Source of the DNA: an uncultured Gammaproteobacteria bacterium
GTDB taxonomy: Bacteria; Patescibacteriota; Patescibacteriia; UBA2196
Assembly: GCA_964435065.1 (NCBI GenBank)
Contig: CAYSXS010000001.1
Span: forward strand, 20,538-84,537
DNA length: 64,000 bases
Reading direction: 5' to 3'
Under the pieces are notes generated by a model that made no database searches, was not told where the DNA came from, and saw only the letters and a list, made by a program, of their open reading frames with translations. Positions within the stretch are counted from its first letter, which is position 1; each line of letters opens with the position of its first letter. Made by a program: the position numbers and the translations under genes. Positions 29,095 to 37,777 of this stretch are shown piece after piece.

Positions 29095-30659
29095 ATAAAA
29101 AAATTAAAATTTTACTTATTGTTTTAGTTTTATTTGTAGTATCGATGGCTGTTCATTATTATCCTGTTTACAAAAAAGATTACAGTTTTGGGTTTAATGG
29201 TGGAAATTTAATTTTAGCTCGCAATTTTGCTGAAACAGGTCAGTTTAATTTAGAAAGTCCAGAAAATGTTATTTTAAACAGTCAGTTATCGGCTGAGGAG
29301 GGAATGTATTATAATCCAGGAAATGAATTGACTTATATAATATATGGTAATATTTTTAAATATTTTGGCTTTCAGAAAAATTTAGCTTTGTATTTATCAA
29401 TTTTACTATGGGCATTGAGTGGAACGATTTTATTTTTCTTAGTTAAGAAGTTATTTAATTTAAAAACAGCAATAATCTTTGGTGTAGTTACTATTTTTCT
29501 GCCATTTATTTTACAGGGGGTATTAATAAGTGGTTTTTATGAATGGGCGATTTTGTTTTTTTCTATTGCTTTGTTTTTGTTTTTTAATATAAAGGAAAAG
29601 TTTTTTTGGCTTAATCTCATATTAGCCGGTATATTTTTTAGTTTAGCGGTTTTATGTAGAAATGTTTTTGTTGTTTCAGTTATACCGTTTGTTATATATG
29701 AATTTTATCGTCATAGATCAATTAAGAAACTACTTTATTTATTATTACCAATTATATTGATTTTAGGTATTTTTTTTGGTAGTACAATAGTAAGTGGGCA
29801 AAAGAGTGACTATTTATCCAAAGAGGATTCAAATTTCTCTAATTATAGTCATCTTTATCCGGATCCATATACTTTTCATTTTGAAAAAGAAGAGTACCTT
29901 GAAACAATACAAGGTACTTCAAATTCAATGTTTTCTGAATATTTACTTAAGTATGACCAAAAGGTTAGTTTAAAGAATCAAATTATTATGTATTTTGCTT
30001 CAATTAAATTTTACCCTAAGGAATTTATTAAATTAATAATATCAGGTGGACCATTAATTATATTATTAATGTTTTTGGGCATATATTATTTATTTAAAAA
30101 AGACAAGAGATTGTTTAAATTGTTTATGTTGTGGTTTGTTGTTTGGTATGTTTTATTAGTTATTTTAAAAACAAATAACTGGGATCATTTTCTTGAGTTA
30201 AGTTGGCCTATAGGATTATTAATTGCATTAGGGATATATTATTTATTTGATTTTATTTGTAAATTAGAGATAAAAAAGAATTTTAAGTATCTAGCACTTG
30301 TTTTAATAAGTTTATGTATAATCTTACATTTTATGCAGGCTAATAAATGGATGTTGCATGAAGAATATAATACTTCAAATATAGACACTGTTATGGCACT
30401 TGTACCGTTTATTGATAATGCAGATATTGGGAACAAGGATGTTGTTGTTACTAGCCATCACCCAGGAACACCATTGATACTTAATTATTATACTAATAAG
30501 AATTTTATATATTTTCATACTGAGACAATAAAAAAACTGCTAGCCGAAGAAAGCTTACAGTCTGCTTTTCAAAAGTTTGGGGTAACTCACATTGTTGGAT
30601 TTGATAATGATTTAAGTAATCAAATATATACTCAAACTTCTGTAAATATAATTAAATAG
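29091..30659 (+). CDS. GT-C fold membrane glycosyltransferase (ArnT/PMT-like)
   Basis: Multi-TM protein. The first-loop region FNGGNLILARNFAETGQF resembles the ArnT 'YAEIAREMLETGDW' motif. Confidence 0.5.
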   Translation: MNKKIKILLIVLVLFVVSMAVHYYPVYKKDYSFGFNGGNLILARNFAETGQFNLESPENVILNSQLSAEEGMYYNPGNELTYIIYGNIFKYFGFQKNLALYLSILLWALSGTILFFLVKKLFNLKTAIIFGVVTIFLPFILQGVLISGFYEWAILFFSIALFLFFNIKEKFFWLNLILAGIFFSLAVLCRNVFVVSVIPFVIYEFYRHRSIKKLLYLLLPIILILGIFFGSTIVSGQKSDYLSKEDSNFSNYSHLYPDPYTFHFEKEEYLETIQGTSNSMFSEYLLKYDQKVSLKNQIIMYFASIKFYPKEFIKLIISGGPLIILLMFLGIYYLFKKDKRLFKLFMLWFVVWYVLLVILKTNNWDHFLELSWPIGLLIALGIYYLFDFICKLEIKKNFKYLALVLISLCIILHFMQANKWMLHEEYNTSNIDTVMALVPFIDNADIGNKDVVVTSHHPGTPLILNYYTNKNFIYFHTETIKKLLAEESLQSAFQKFGVTHIVGFDNDLSNQIYTQTSVNIIK

Positions 30660-30667
30660 TTATATCC

Positions 30668-31612
30668 TTATTCCTTATTTATTAAGACGTCAGGTTTTTT
30701 ATCCACGTCTTTTATTGTTGATAAACTTTTTATAAAAAATAAACCCAATACAGCAATAATCCAATAACCAAAGATAGAATATAGTATTCCTAAACTCAAA
30801 TTTATGTTTGCTGGAGCTACACCTGCGAATAAATATACAATAGCTGAGTCTCTAGTACCCATACCTGCCAGTGTCACTGGCAATATCCCAATAAACAAGG
30901 CTATTGGAAGTGTTAAACAAATAAAAATAAAGGAAACTTGTATACCTAATGCAAGATATAAGAAATATACTTGTAAAAAGGTTCCTAACCAGTTTAATAA
31001 AGTTATTAAAGCAATTTGTATGAATTGTTTTGGTTTTTTGATTAATATCTTTGAGCAATAGAAAACATTATTAATTTTTTCTCTATATTTATCTTTTATC
31101 GGTAATTTCATTTCATTTATATATTTTGCCAAGATAAAAAAAATAACAATAGCTATAAGGCCAGCTATCATTATTAATACAATTATTGTGTTTTTGTAAA
31201 TTATCCCGCCAATGAGAGCTAAAATTAGTAGAAGTAATATATCAAAAACTCTTTCTATTAAAATACTTCCAGCTGTCTTGCTTACGGGTACAGAATTCTT
31301 AATAGGGTTAGCTCGGATTAAATCACCTGCTTTTGAAGGAGTAACACTTGATAGAGACCATGCTCCCATTACGATTTTAAATGCTTTCCAAAAACTTAAG
31401 CTAAAACCCATTGAATTTAAAATGATGCGCCATCTAAGTGCACCAAAAACTGGATAGGTTAGTATTACTGAAAAAGTTGCTAACAGCCACCAAAGATTAG
31501 CATTTAATATAATATTCCAAACAGAATTAAGATCGATTTGTCTGAAAAGCAAATAAAAAACAACAAAAGTTGTAATTAAAATAATAAAGAATTTTAAATA
31601 TTTTTTTATCAT
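30668..31612 (-). CDS. Flippase-like domain membrane protein (UPF0104 / LPG-synthase TM-region family)
   Basis: 8 TM helices with the pattern ...YPVFGALRWRIILNSMGFSLSFWKAFKIVMGAWSLSSVTPSKAGDLIR... Confidence 0.55.
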   Translation of the reverse strand: MIKKYLKFFIILITTFVVFYLLFRQIDLNSVWNIILNANLWWLLATFSVILTYPVFGALRWRIILNSMGFSLSFWKAFKIVMGAWSLSSVTPSKAGDLIRANPIKNSVPVSKTAGSILIERVFDILLLLILALIGGIIYKNTIIVLIMIAGLIAIVIFFILAKYINEMKLPIKDKYREKINNVFYCSKILIKKPKQFIQIALITLLNWLGTFLQVYFLYLALGIQVSFIFICLTLPIALFIGILPVTLAGMGTRDSAIVYLFAGVAPANINLSLGILYSIFGYWIIAVLGLFFIKSLSTIKDVDKKPDVLINKE

Positions 31613-33063
31613 GTTGTTTTTTTGTCTTTTGGGAATGTGTTTTTGATAATAACAGACAAAAGTTTAGAACCAGCCTTAAAGTTATTTTTTAAAGCATCCC
31701 AACTACGTAACTCTTTTAGTCTTCTAAATATATATTTAGGATTTAAATAATATTGGCCATATGCATCAATTAATATCTTATACAATTGTTCACGTGTAAA
31801 TATTTCTTCCCAAGCAGGTGCTTTAAAGTCTGGTTGTGGATTTTTAGAAAACTTTTGCCAATAGTCTTCTTTGATAATATTTTCATTTAACCCTTTAAGG
31901 TATAGGTCGGTTGCGGGGAAAGGTGTTAGCACAGTGAAGTGAACAAAGTCTGGGAACATCTTTTTTGCTAACTTAATAGTTTCTTTAATGTCAGACATTG
32001 TTTCTGTTGGTGATCCAATCATAAAATATCCAGCAGTTTCTATGCCTGCTTCTTTTGTTAGTTTAAAAGCTGTTTCAACTTGTTCTAAAGTAATTCCTTT
32101 ACGTAAGACAGTTAGTATTTTTTTTGTTCCAGCTTCAACTCCATAATGGATACGTGTACAACCAGCAGACTTCATTAACAAAAGTAATTCTTTATCAACT
32201 GTATTAACTCTTGCGCGAATATCCCATTTAAGTTTTATTTTTTTATCTAGAATTAAATTACAAATATTTACTACACGTTGTCTATCAATGGTAAAAGTGT
32301 CGTCGTAAATAAAGACTTCATTAATTCCCATTTCTTGAATTTTCTCCATTTCTTTTACAACATCTTCAGCAGATCTAGCTCTGAATATTTTACCTAAATG
32401 GGGGCGATCACAAAACAAACATTTGTATGGGCAACCACGAGAAGTAAACATAGTAGTGGTTGGGTTTTTGTGAGCCATGATTGAATAATACTTTTTATAT
32501 GGTGTTAATTCGCGTGCAGGCATTGGTAGTTGGTCTAAATCCATTATTAACTCTCTTTTACCTGTATTAACAATTTTTTTGTTTGTATCTCTGAATACTA
32601 GGCCTCGTATATCTTTTAGCTTGTCTAAATCGTGAATATTATTCAATAAATCAATAAATGGCTGTTCTCCTTCACCTAAAACCAAGAAATCAACTTCTAA
32701 GTTATCCATTGTTTCTTCTGGATAGATGTTTACGTGTGGTCCACCTAAAACTATTTTTATCTCTGGATTAACTTCTTTAATTAATTTAGCTGTTTTAATA
32801 ACATCAATTAAAGTAAAAGTCATAGCAGTAATCCCAACTACGTCTGGTTTTTCTTCTTTAATCTTTTCTTGTATATTGGTGTAGTTTACCTTTTCTATTT
32901 CACAGTCTAATATTTTAACATCAAAATTTGTTTTTTCTTTAACATATGCAGCAATATACATTAATCCTAAAGGAGGTAAAAAATCCATGCCAGATTCTAA
33001 TTCTTTTGGCATGTCGCTCTCAATAATATTTTTAATGGGTGGATTAATTAGTAGAATCTTCAT
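31609..33063 (-). CDS. Cobalamin-binding (class B) radical SAM enzyme
   Basis: N-terminal B12-binding domain (KIVLGGPHVN, DFLVLGEGE) followed by the radical SAM motif FTSRGCPYKCLFCDRP. Confidence 0.85.
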   Translation of the reverse strand: MKILLINPPIKNIIESDMPKELESGMDFLPPLGLMYIAAYVKEKTNFDVKILDCEIEKVNYTNIQEKIKEEKPDVVGITAMTFTLIDVIKTAKLIKEVNPEIKIVLGGPHVNIYPEETMDNLEVDFLVLGEGEQPFIDLLNNIHDLDKLKDIRGLVFRDTNKKIVNTGKRELIMDLDQLPMPARELTPYKKYYSIMAHKNPTTTMFTSRGCPYKCLFCDRPHLGKIFRARSAEDVVKEMEKIQEMGINEVFIYDDTFTIDRQRVVNICNLILDKKIKLKWDIRARVNTVDKELLLLMKSAGCTRIHYGVEAGTKKILTVLRKGITLEQVETAFKLTKEAGIETAGYFMIGSPTETMSDIKETIKLAKKMFPDFVHFTVLTPFPATDLYLKGLNENIIKEDYWQKFSKNPQPDFKAPAWEEIFTREQLYKILIDAYGQYYLNPKYIFRRLKELRSWDALKNNFKAGSKLLSVIIKNTFPKDKKTT

Positions 33064-33799
33064 AAAGATATTTTTCTATGGAAACACAATCAAATCTTTT
33101 AACAATATATTGTAACTTTTTCCAAGTATTTTTAGTGTTATAGTATTTAAGGAATTTTTTAATAAATGTCATTTTAATATTTGGTACCTCAGTTGCAAAA
33201 TCAAATGGATGAAAATATAAACAAGTAGATTTTTTAATCGTTTTGTTTTTCAATAAGGTTTTAAATAAAAACCAGGGGATAGCTCTGATATAAAAACCAC
33301 CACTAAAAACTTTTATTTCTTTAAAATTATCTATATTAAATAAATTAGGTTTTATACTTAAAGGCAATATTGAAGAGTCATATTTTAAATTATTTTCTTT
33401 TAATACTTTTATTGACCACTCTGTAGATTTATTTAATGAAAAATTAACTGCTCGATGTCCAATTGGTTTTTTGTCGATTAAACTTTCAATCTGACTGATT
33501 AATTGTTTAATTTCTTCATTAAACATTTCTGGATTTTTATCCCACAATGGTTTATGGTCTGAAGAATGAACAGCAATTTCGTGACCAGCATTAGAAATTT
33601 GTTTTACTACATTTGGTTCTTTGTCTAAAACTTTTTTAGTAACAAAGAAGGTAGCAGTTGAATTTGTTTGTTTTAATAAGTTTAATAGGTTATTAATAAA
33701 GGTTGCCACTTCGTCCTTTTCATTACCAAGTAAATATTTTTGTATAGAGAGTGATTCAAACCAATACTCTAAATCAAATGTAAGTAAAATCTTTTTCAT
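33044..33799 (-). CDS. Polysaccharide deacetylase (NodB homology, CE4), ArnD/NaxD-like
   Basis: LTFDLEYWFE...ATFFVTKKVL...AGHEIAVHSSDHKPLW, which covers the NodB motifs TFD(D) and H-S-x-x-H. Confidence 0.75.
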   Translation of the reverse strand: MKKILLTFDLEYWFESLSIQKYLLGNEKDEVATFINNLLNLLKQTNSTATFFVTKKVLDKEPNVVKQISNAGHEIAVHSSDHKPLWDKNPEMFNEEIKQLISQIESLIDKKPIGHRAVNFSLNKSTEWSIKVLKENNLKYDSSILPLSIKPNLFNIDNFKEIKVFSGGFYIRAIPWFLFKTLLKNKTIKKSTCLYFHPFDFATEVPNIKMTFIKKFLKYYNTKNTWKKLQYIVKRFDCVSIEKYLYEDSTN

Positions 33800-33800
33800 G

Positions 33801-34703
33801 TTATTTTCTATTTAACTCTCTACGGATAGCAGCAAGTTGATCAGCTATTAAACCAAAGAAAAAGATTAAAACCGAAGTTATGAATAATAGGACGGTACTA
33901 TCAGTGATGTTGTTAAATTCAGAAATTAAAATATCATTTATGAATAGGCCTAAGAATCCTAAGAAAAATAAACCACTGATTGGTAAAAAGATTCGTAAAG
34001 GTGAGAAAAGCATAATTAAGCGGATTATCAACATAAAATAGGTGAGTGCATCTTTTGGGTTAACTAGACTTTTTCCACTATCACGTTTATTTATTTCAAG
34101 AGGGACAAATTTAATATTTAACTTTTCTTTAAGAAAAGCAAAGACACTTGTAGTTGAACAAGAAAAACCATCTGGATATAAATGTTCGAATCGTAAAAAT
34201 TCGTCACGTTTTATTAATCTTAATCCACAATTAAAGTCATTTACTTTATGACCCAATAAATATCTAGCTAACCAATGGATAACCTTTTTGCCTGGTTGGC
34301 GAATCCATGGACCTTGGTAACCTTGTCTTTCTCCAGCTATTAGATCATATTCATCTGTGTATTTTAGCATTTCTTCAATATACTTTGGGTTATGTTGACC
34401 ATCTGCATCAAAAGTTAAAACCCAATCATGTTTAGCATTCTTAGCTCCAGTTTTTAGTCCAGCACCGTATCCCTTATTGTATGAATGATTAATGGTTTTA
34501 ATATTTTCAATACTTTCAAGAACACTTTTTGTATTATCTGTAGAAGCATCGTTGATTACTATAATTTCAAAATTTTCTAAATTTAAATTATTTAGTGTAT
34601 TTTTTAAATTATCTAATACAGATTTAATACTGTCAGCTTCGTTGTATGCTGGTATAATAACTGAAATGTTTTTAGTTTGAGGGTTATTCATATTATTTAT
34701 CAT
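33801..34703 (-). CDS. GT2 polyprenyl-phosphate sugar synthase (GtrB/ArnC/DPM1-like) with C-terminal TM helices
   Basis: ISVIIPAYNEADSIKSVLDNL...FEIIVINDASTDNT...FDADGQH, and two C-terminal TM segments. Confidence 0.75.
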   Translation of the reverse strand: MINNMNNPQTKNISVIIPAYNEADSIKSVLDNLKNTLNNLNLENFEIIVINDASTDNTKSVLESIENIKTINHSYNKGYGAGLKTGAKNAKHDWVLTFDADGQHNPKYIEEMLKYTDEYDLIAGERQGYQGPWIRQPGKKVIHWLARYLLGHKVNDFNCGLRLIKRDEFLRFEHLYPDGFSCSTTSVFAFLKEKLNIKFVPLEINKRDSGKSLVNPKDALTYFMLIIRLIMLFSPLRIFLPISGLFFLGFLGLFINDILISEFNNITDSTVLLFITSVLIFFFGLIADQLAAIRRELNRK

Positions 34704-35646
34704 AATAATCTAGGTACCAATTAACAAAATTCTTAATACCAGATTTTATTGTTGTTTGTGGTGAGAAATTTAACATTTTTTGTGCTTTTGATAAATCTGC
34801 TTGAGTTTCTAACACTTCACCTGTTTGTATTGGGATATATTCTCGTATAGCTTTTTTATCTAAATATTTTTCTATTAATTCAACAAATTTTATTAATTCA
34901 ATTGATTCATTGCTACCAAGATTAAAAATTTCATAATCAAACGGGTTTTCTAAGGCCAAGGCTGTTCCATTAACAATATCGTCAACATACGACCAATTTC
35001 TTTTCATTTTTCCATTGTTATGTATATTTATTGGTTTATTTTCTAAAATGTTTTTTGTAAAAAGGAAAAGTGCCATATCTGGACGTCCCCACGGGCCATA
35101 AACCGTGAAGTATCTTAATCCAGTTGATTTTATGTTATGCACTTTATAATAACTATATGCAATCATCTCTGTGGCGATTTTAGAAGTAGCATAAAAAGAA
35201 AGTGGGGTTTGTGTTCTGTCGTTTTCTGAAAAAGGAAGCTTCTTGTTATCCCCATAGACACTAGAAGAAGAAGCATAAACAATTTGTTTAATATTAAATT
35301 CTTTTGCTAATTCAAAAATATTTAAGGTGCCTAGAATATTTGTTTGTTCGTATGCAAAAGGGTTTTCTACAGAATAACGTACACCAGCTTGAGCAGCTAA
35401 GTGAACAATTTTATCTATTTTATTCTCTTTAAAAACTTCCCTTAGTTTTTGTATATCAGAAATGTCAATTCTGTATAACTTAAAATTAAAACCTTTTAAT
35501 AAGATTTTAATTCGATCTTCTTTTAATTGGGGGTCATAATAATCATTGAAATTATCAACAATAATTATATTATGATTTTGTTGGATTAACTTTTTAGCTA
35601 CCTGTGATCCAATAAAACCAGCTCCACCTGTTATTAAAATATTCAT
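34693..35646 (-). CDS. NAD-dependent sugar-nucleotide epimerase/dehydratase (SDR; GalE/WbpP-like 4-epimerase candidate)
   Basis: MNILITGGAGFIGSQVAKKL (GxxGxxG), and the catalytic YxxxK motif (YATSK). Confidence 0.75.
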   Translation of the reverse strand: MNILITGGAGFIGSQVAKKLIQQNHNIIIVDNFNDYYDPQLKEDRIKILLKGFNFKLYRIDISDIQKLREVFKENKIDKIVHLAAQAGVRYSVENPFAYEQTNILGTLNIFELAKEFNIKQIVYASSSSVYGDNKKLPFSENDRTQTPLSFYATSKIATEMIAYSYYKVHNIKSTGLRYFTVYGPWGRPDMALFLFTKNILENKPINIHNNGKMKRNWSYVDDIVNGTALALENPFDYEIFNLGSNESIELIKFVELIEKYLDKKAIREYIPIQTGEVLETQADLSKAQKMLNFSPQTTIKSGIKNFVNWYLDYYDK

Positions 35647-35672
35647 ATATACTTTATATCATTTTTTGTTAT

Positions 35673-37091
35673 CTATTGTCCACCACCACTAAGAACTGTC
35701 TTAATCGTTTTAAGTAATATAGATAAATCTAAAAAGAATGATCTGTTTTTTATATAGTAAAGATCATATTGTAATTTTTCTAAAGCATCCTGTTCTGAAG
35801 CACCGTAAGGAAAATTAATTTGTGCCCAACCAGATAATCCTGGTTTGATTAAATGGCGTTGGTTATAGAAAGGAATCTTTTCAGCTAACTGAGTTACAAA
35901 TTCAGGTCTTTCTGGTCTAGGACCAATAAAGCTCATTTCACCTTTAAGAATATTAAATAATTGAGGAATTTCATCAATTCTTGTTTTACGCATAATTCTA
36001 CCACTACGTGTAATTCTAGGATCATTTTTTTGGGCCCATTGAGGACCATTAGTTTCAGCCCTTCTATTCATACTACGTATTTTAACAGCTAAAAATGATT
36101 TATTATTCTTTCCAGTTCTTTTTTGTTTAAACAAGAATGGCCCAGGACTGTTAAGCCTAACTATCATATATATGAAAGGAATGAATACTAAGGTTAGAAC
36201 CAAAAATACAGAAGCTATAAATATGTCCATAACTCTTTTAGATATTTGATAAATAGATTTTGATTCCTCGTTTAGGTTTTCTAAAAACCAAATTTGTCCA
36301 ATGGAGTTTACAGGAATTTTACCTGTAAATTTTTCTAAAAACGTAGGTAAATCAAATATTGTAATTTTTTCAGACAAACAATCATAAAGATCAGCAATTA
36401 ATTTTTGATCTTGTCGTATATCTGTACCAGCAATAATGGTTGATATTTTTTCTTCAATAATTAATTTCTTTAAGCTACTGGGTGCATCAATTAAATTAAT
36501 ACTTTCTGGTAAATCAGTTTCTAAAGGAAGTTGACCATCACGAGTTATTGCTACAACCTTGAAGCCAAGTTGTGGTTTGTTGTTAATTTCACTGGCCAAG
36601 TCAATAATTGAAGGTGAGTGTCCTAAAATTAAAACATTACTTTGTAAAGCAGTAGCACCAGCCAGCTTATTAAACAACTGTCTCCAGAGGATTAATAGTA
36701 AGGTAAATATTAAAAGCTGTATGAACAAGTTTGTCTTTGGAGCAATACCAGCATCAAATAAATAGAAGAAAGTAATTGCTAAACCAACACACCAAGAGAT
36801 GCTTTTAAAGAAATTGGCGAAAAACATAGTATTGTTTTTTGCCAAACTTAAATCATAGAAACTGGTGATGTAAAAGACAATTATCCATAGAACAAAGATT
36901 AATGTAAATGGAATAAAGTGTTGAGCCCATCTTTCTGTTGTTACGGCCTGATTGTACCTAATTAGTAAAGTTAGCCATAACGAAAAATAGAGAATAAAGA
37001 CATCTCCGATAAACAATGATATTTTTTTAATTCTTGTGGCTGTATTAATCATAACTAGTGGTATTGTACAATATTTCTTAAAAAGATGCAA
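35673..37091 (-). CDS. Polyprenyl-phosphate glycosyl-1-phosphate transferase, the initiating 'sugar transferase' (WbaP/CpsE family)
   Basis: C-terminal bacterial sugar-transferase domain KRVMDIFIASVFLVLTLVFIPF...GPFLFKQKRTGKNNKSFLAVKIRSM...DEIPQLFNILKGEMSFIGPRPERPEF. Confidence 0.85.
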   Translation of the reverse strand: MHLFKKYCTIPLVMINTATRIKKISLFIGDVFILYFSLWLTLLIRYNQAVTTERWAQHFIPFTLIFVLWIIVFYITSFYDLSLAKNNTMFFANFFKSISWCVGLAITFFYLFDAGIAPKTNLFIQLLIFTLLLILWRQLFNKLAGATALQSNVLILGHSPSIIDLASEINNKPQLGFKVVAITRDGQLPLETDLPESINLIDAPSSLKKLIIEEKISTIIAGTDIRQDQKLIADLYDCLSEKITIFDLPTFLEKFTGKIPVNSIGQIWFLENLNEESKSIYQISKRVMDIFIASVFLVLTLVFIPFIYMIVRLNSPGPFLFKQKRTGKNNKSFLAVKIRSMNRRAETNGPQWAQKNDPRITRSGRIMRKTRIDEIPQLFNILKGEMSFIGPRPERPEFVTQLAEKIPFYNQRHLIKPGLSGWAQINFPYGASEQDALEKLQYDLYYIKNRSFFLDLSILLKTIKTVLSGGGQ

Positions 37092-37156
37092 GTTTATATT
37101 TTTATTTATCCTAACTGTGGTATAATTGTATCAACTTTGGGTGTGATAGATTTTGG

Positions 37157-37185
37157 TTGACATTTTACTTAACTAAGTATATGAT
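37157..37185 (+). promoter_or_regulatory. Putative sigma70 promoter for brnT
   Basis: TTGACA - 17 nt - TATGAT, about 25 nt upstream of the 37211 start. Confidence 0.45.
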
Positions 37186-37210
37186 GAACATATACATAAT
37201 GATATAATTT

Positions 37211-37516
37211 ATGTTAGATTTATCAAAATTAAATGGATTTGAGTGGAATAATGCGAATGTGGATAAAAATTGGAATAAACACAAGGTTTATTGGAGAGAG
37301 TGTGAAGAAGTTTTTGTGGATTTACCTTTGTTGATTTCTTTAGATAAAAATCATTCACAAATAGAAATGAGATTTCATGCTTTAGGAAAGACGAGTGATA
37401 ATAGAAAATTATTTATAGTTTTTACTATTAGAAATAAGAAAATAAGAATAATTTCGGCTCGGAATCAGAACCGAAAAGAAAAAGAAATATATGACAAAGC
37501 AAAAAAAACAATTTAA
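37211..37516 (+). CDS. brnT: BrnT-family toxin (DUF497 ribonuclease toxin)
   Basis: FEWNNANVDKNWNKHKV...ECEEVF...RFHALGKTSDNRKLFIVFTIRNKKIRIISAR matches the BrnT fold signature. It overlaps the downstream antitoxin. Confidence 0.7.
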   Translation: MLDLSKLNGFEWNNANVDKNWNKHKVYWRECEEVFVDLPLLISLDKNHSQIEMRFHALGKTSDNRKLFIVFTIRNKKIRIISARNQNRKEKEIYDKAKKTI

Positions 37517-37775
37517 AAAAATACCTTTATTTAAAAACGAAAATGAAGAAATAGAATTTTGGGCAAACAACGACTCGACAGATTATATTAATTGGTCCGA
37601 ATCAGTTGTAAATCCAGAACTTCCTAATCTTAAGCTTTCTACAAAAAGTATATCTTTACGTTTACCTGTTCTTCTTTTGGATCGTTTAAAATCTTTAGCT
37701 AATCGTCGTGATGTTCCGTATCAATCCTATATCAAAATAATTTTAGATGAAAAAGTAAAGAATGAATTAAAATAA
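37491..37775 (+). CDS. brnA: BrnA-family antitoxin
   Basis: FKNENEEIEFWANNDSTDYINWSES...PNLKLSTKSISLRLPVLLLDRLKSLANRRDVPYQSYIKIIL matches the BrnA consensus (FWxxHDSTDYxDWS...ISLRLP...A..RDVPYQSLIK). Confidence 0.7.
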   Translation: MTKQKKQFKKIPLFKNENEEIEFWANNDSTDYINWSESVVNPELPNLKLSTKSISLRLPVLLLDRLKSLANRRDVPYQSYIKIILDEKVKNELK

Positions 37776-37777
37776 AT

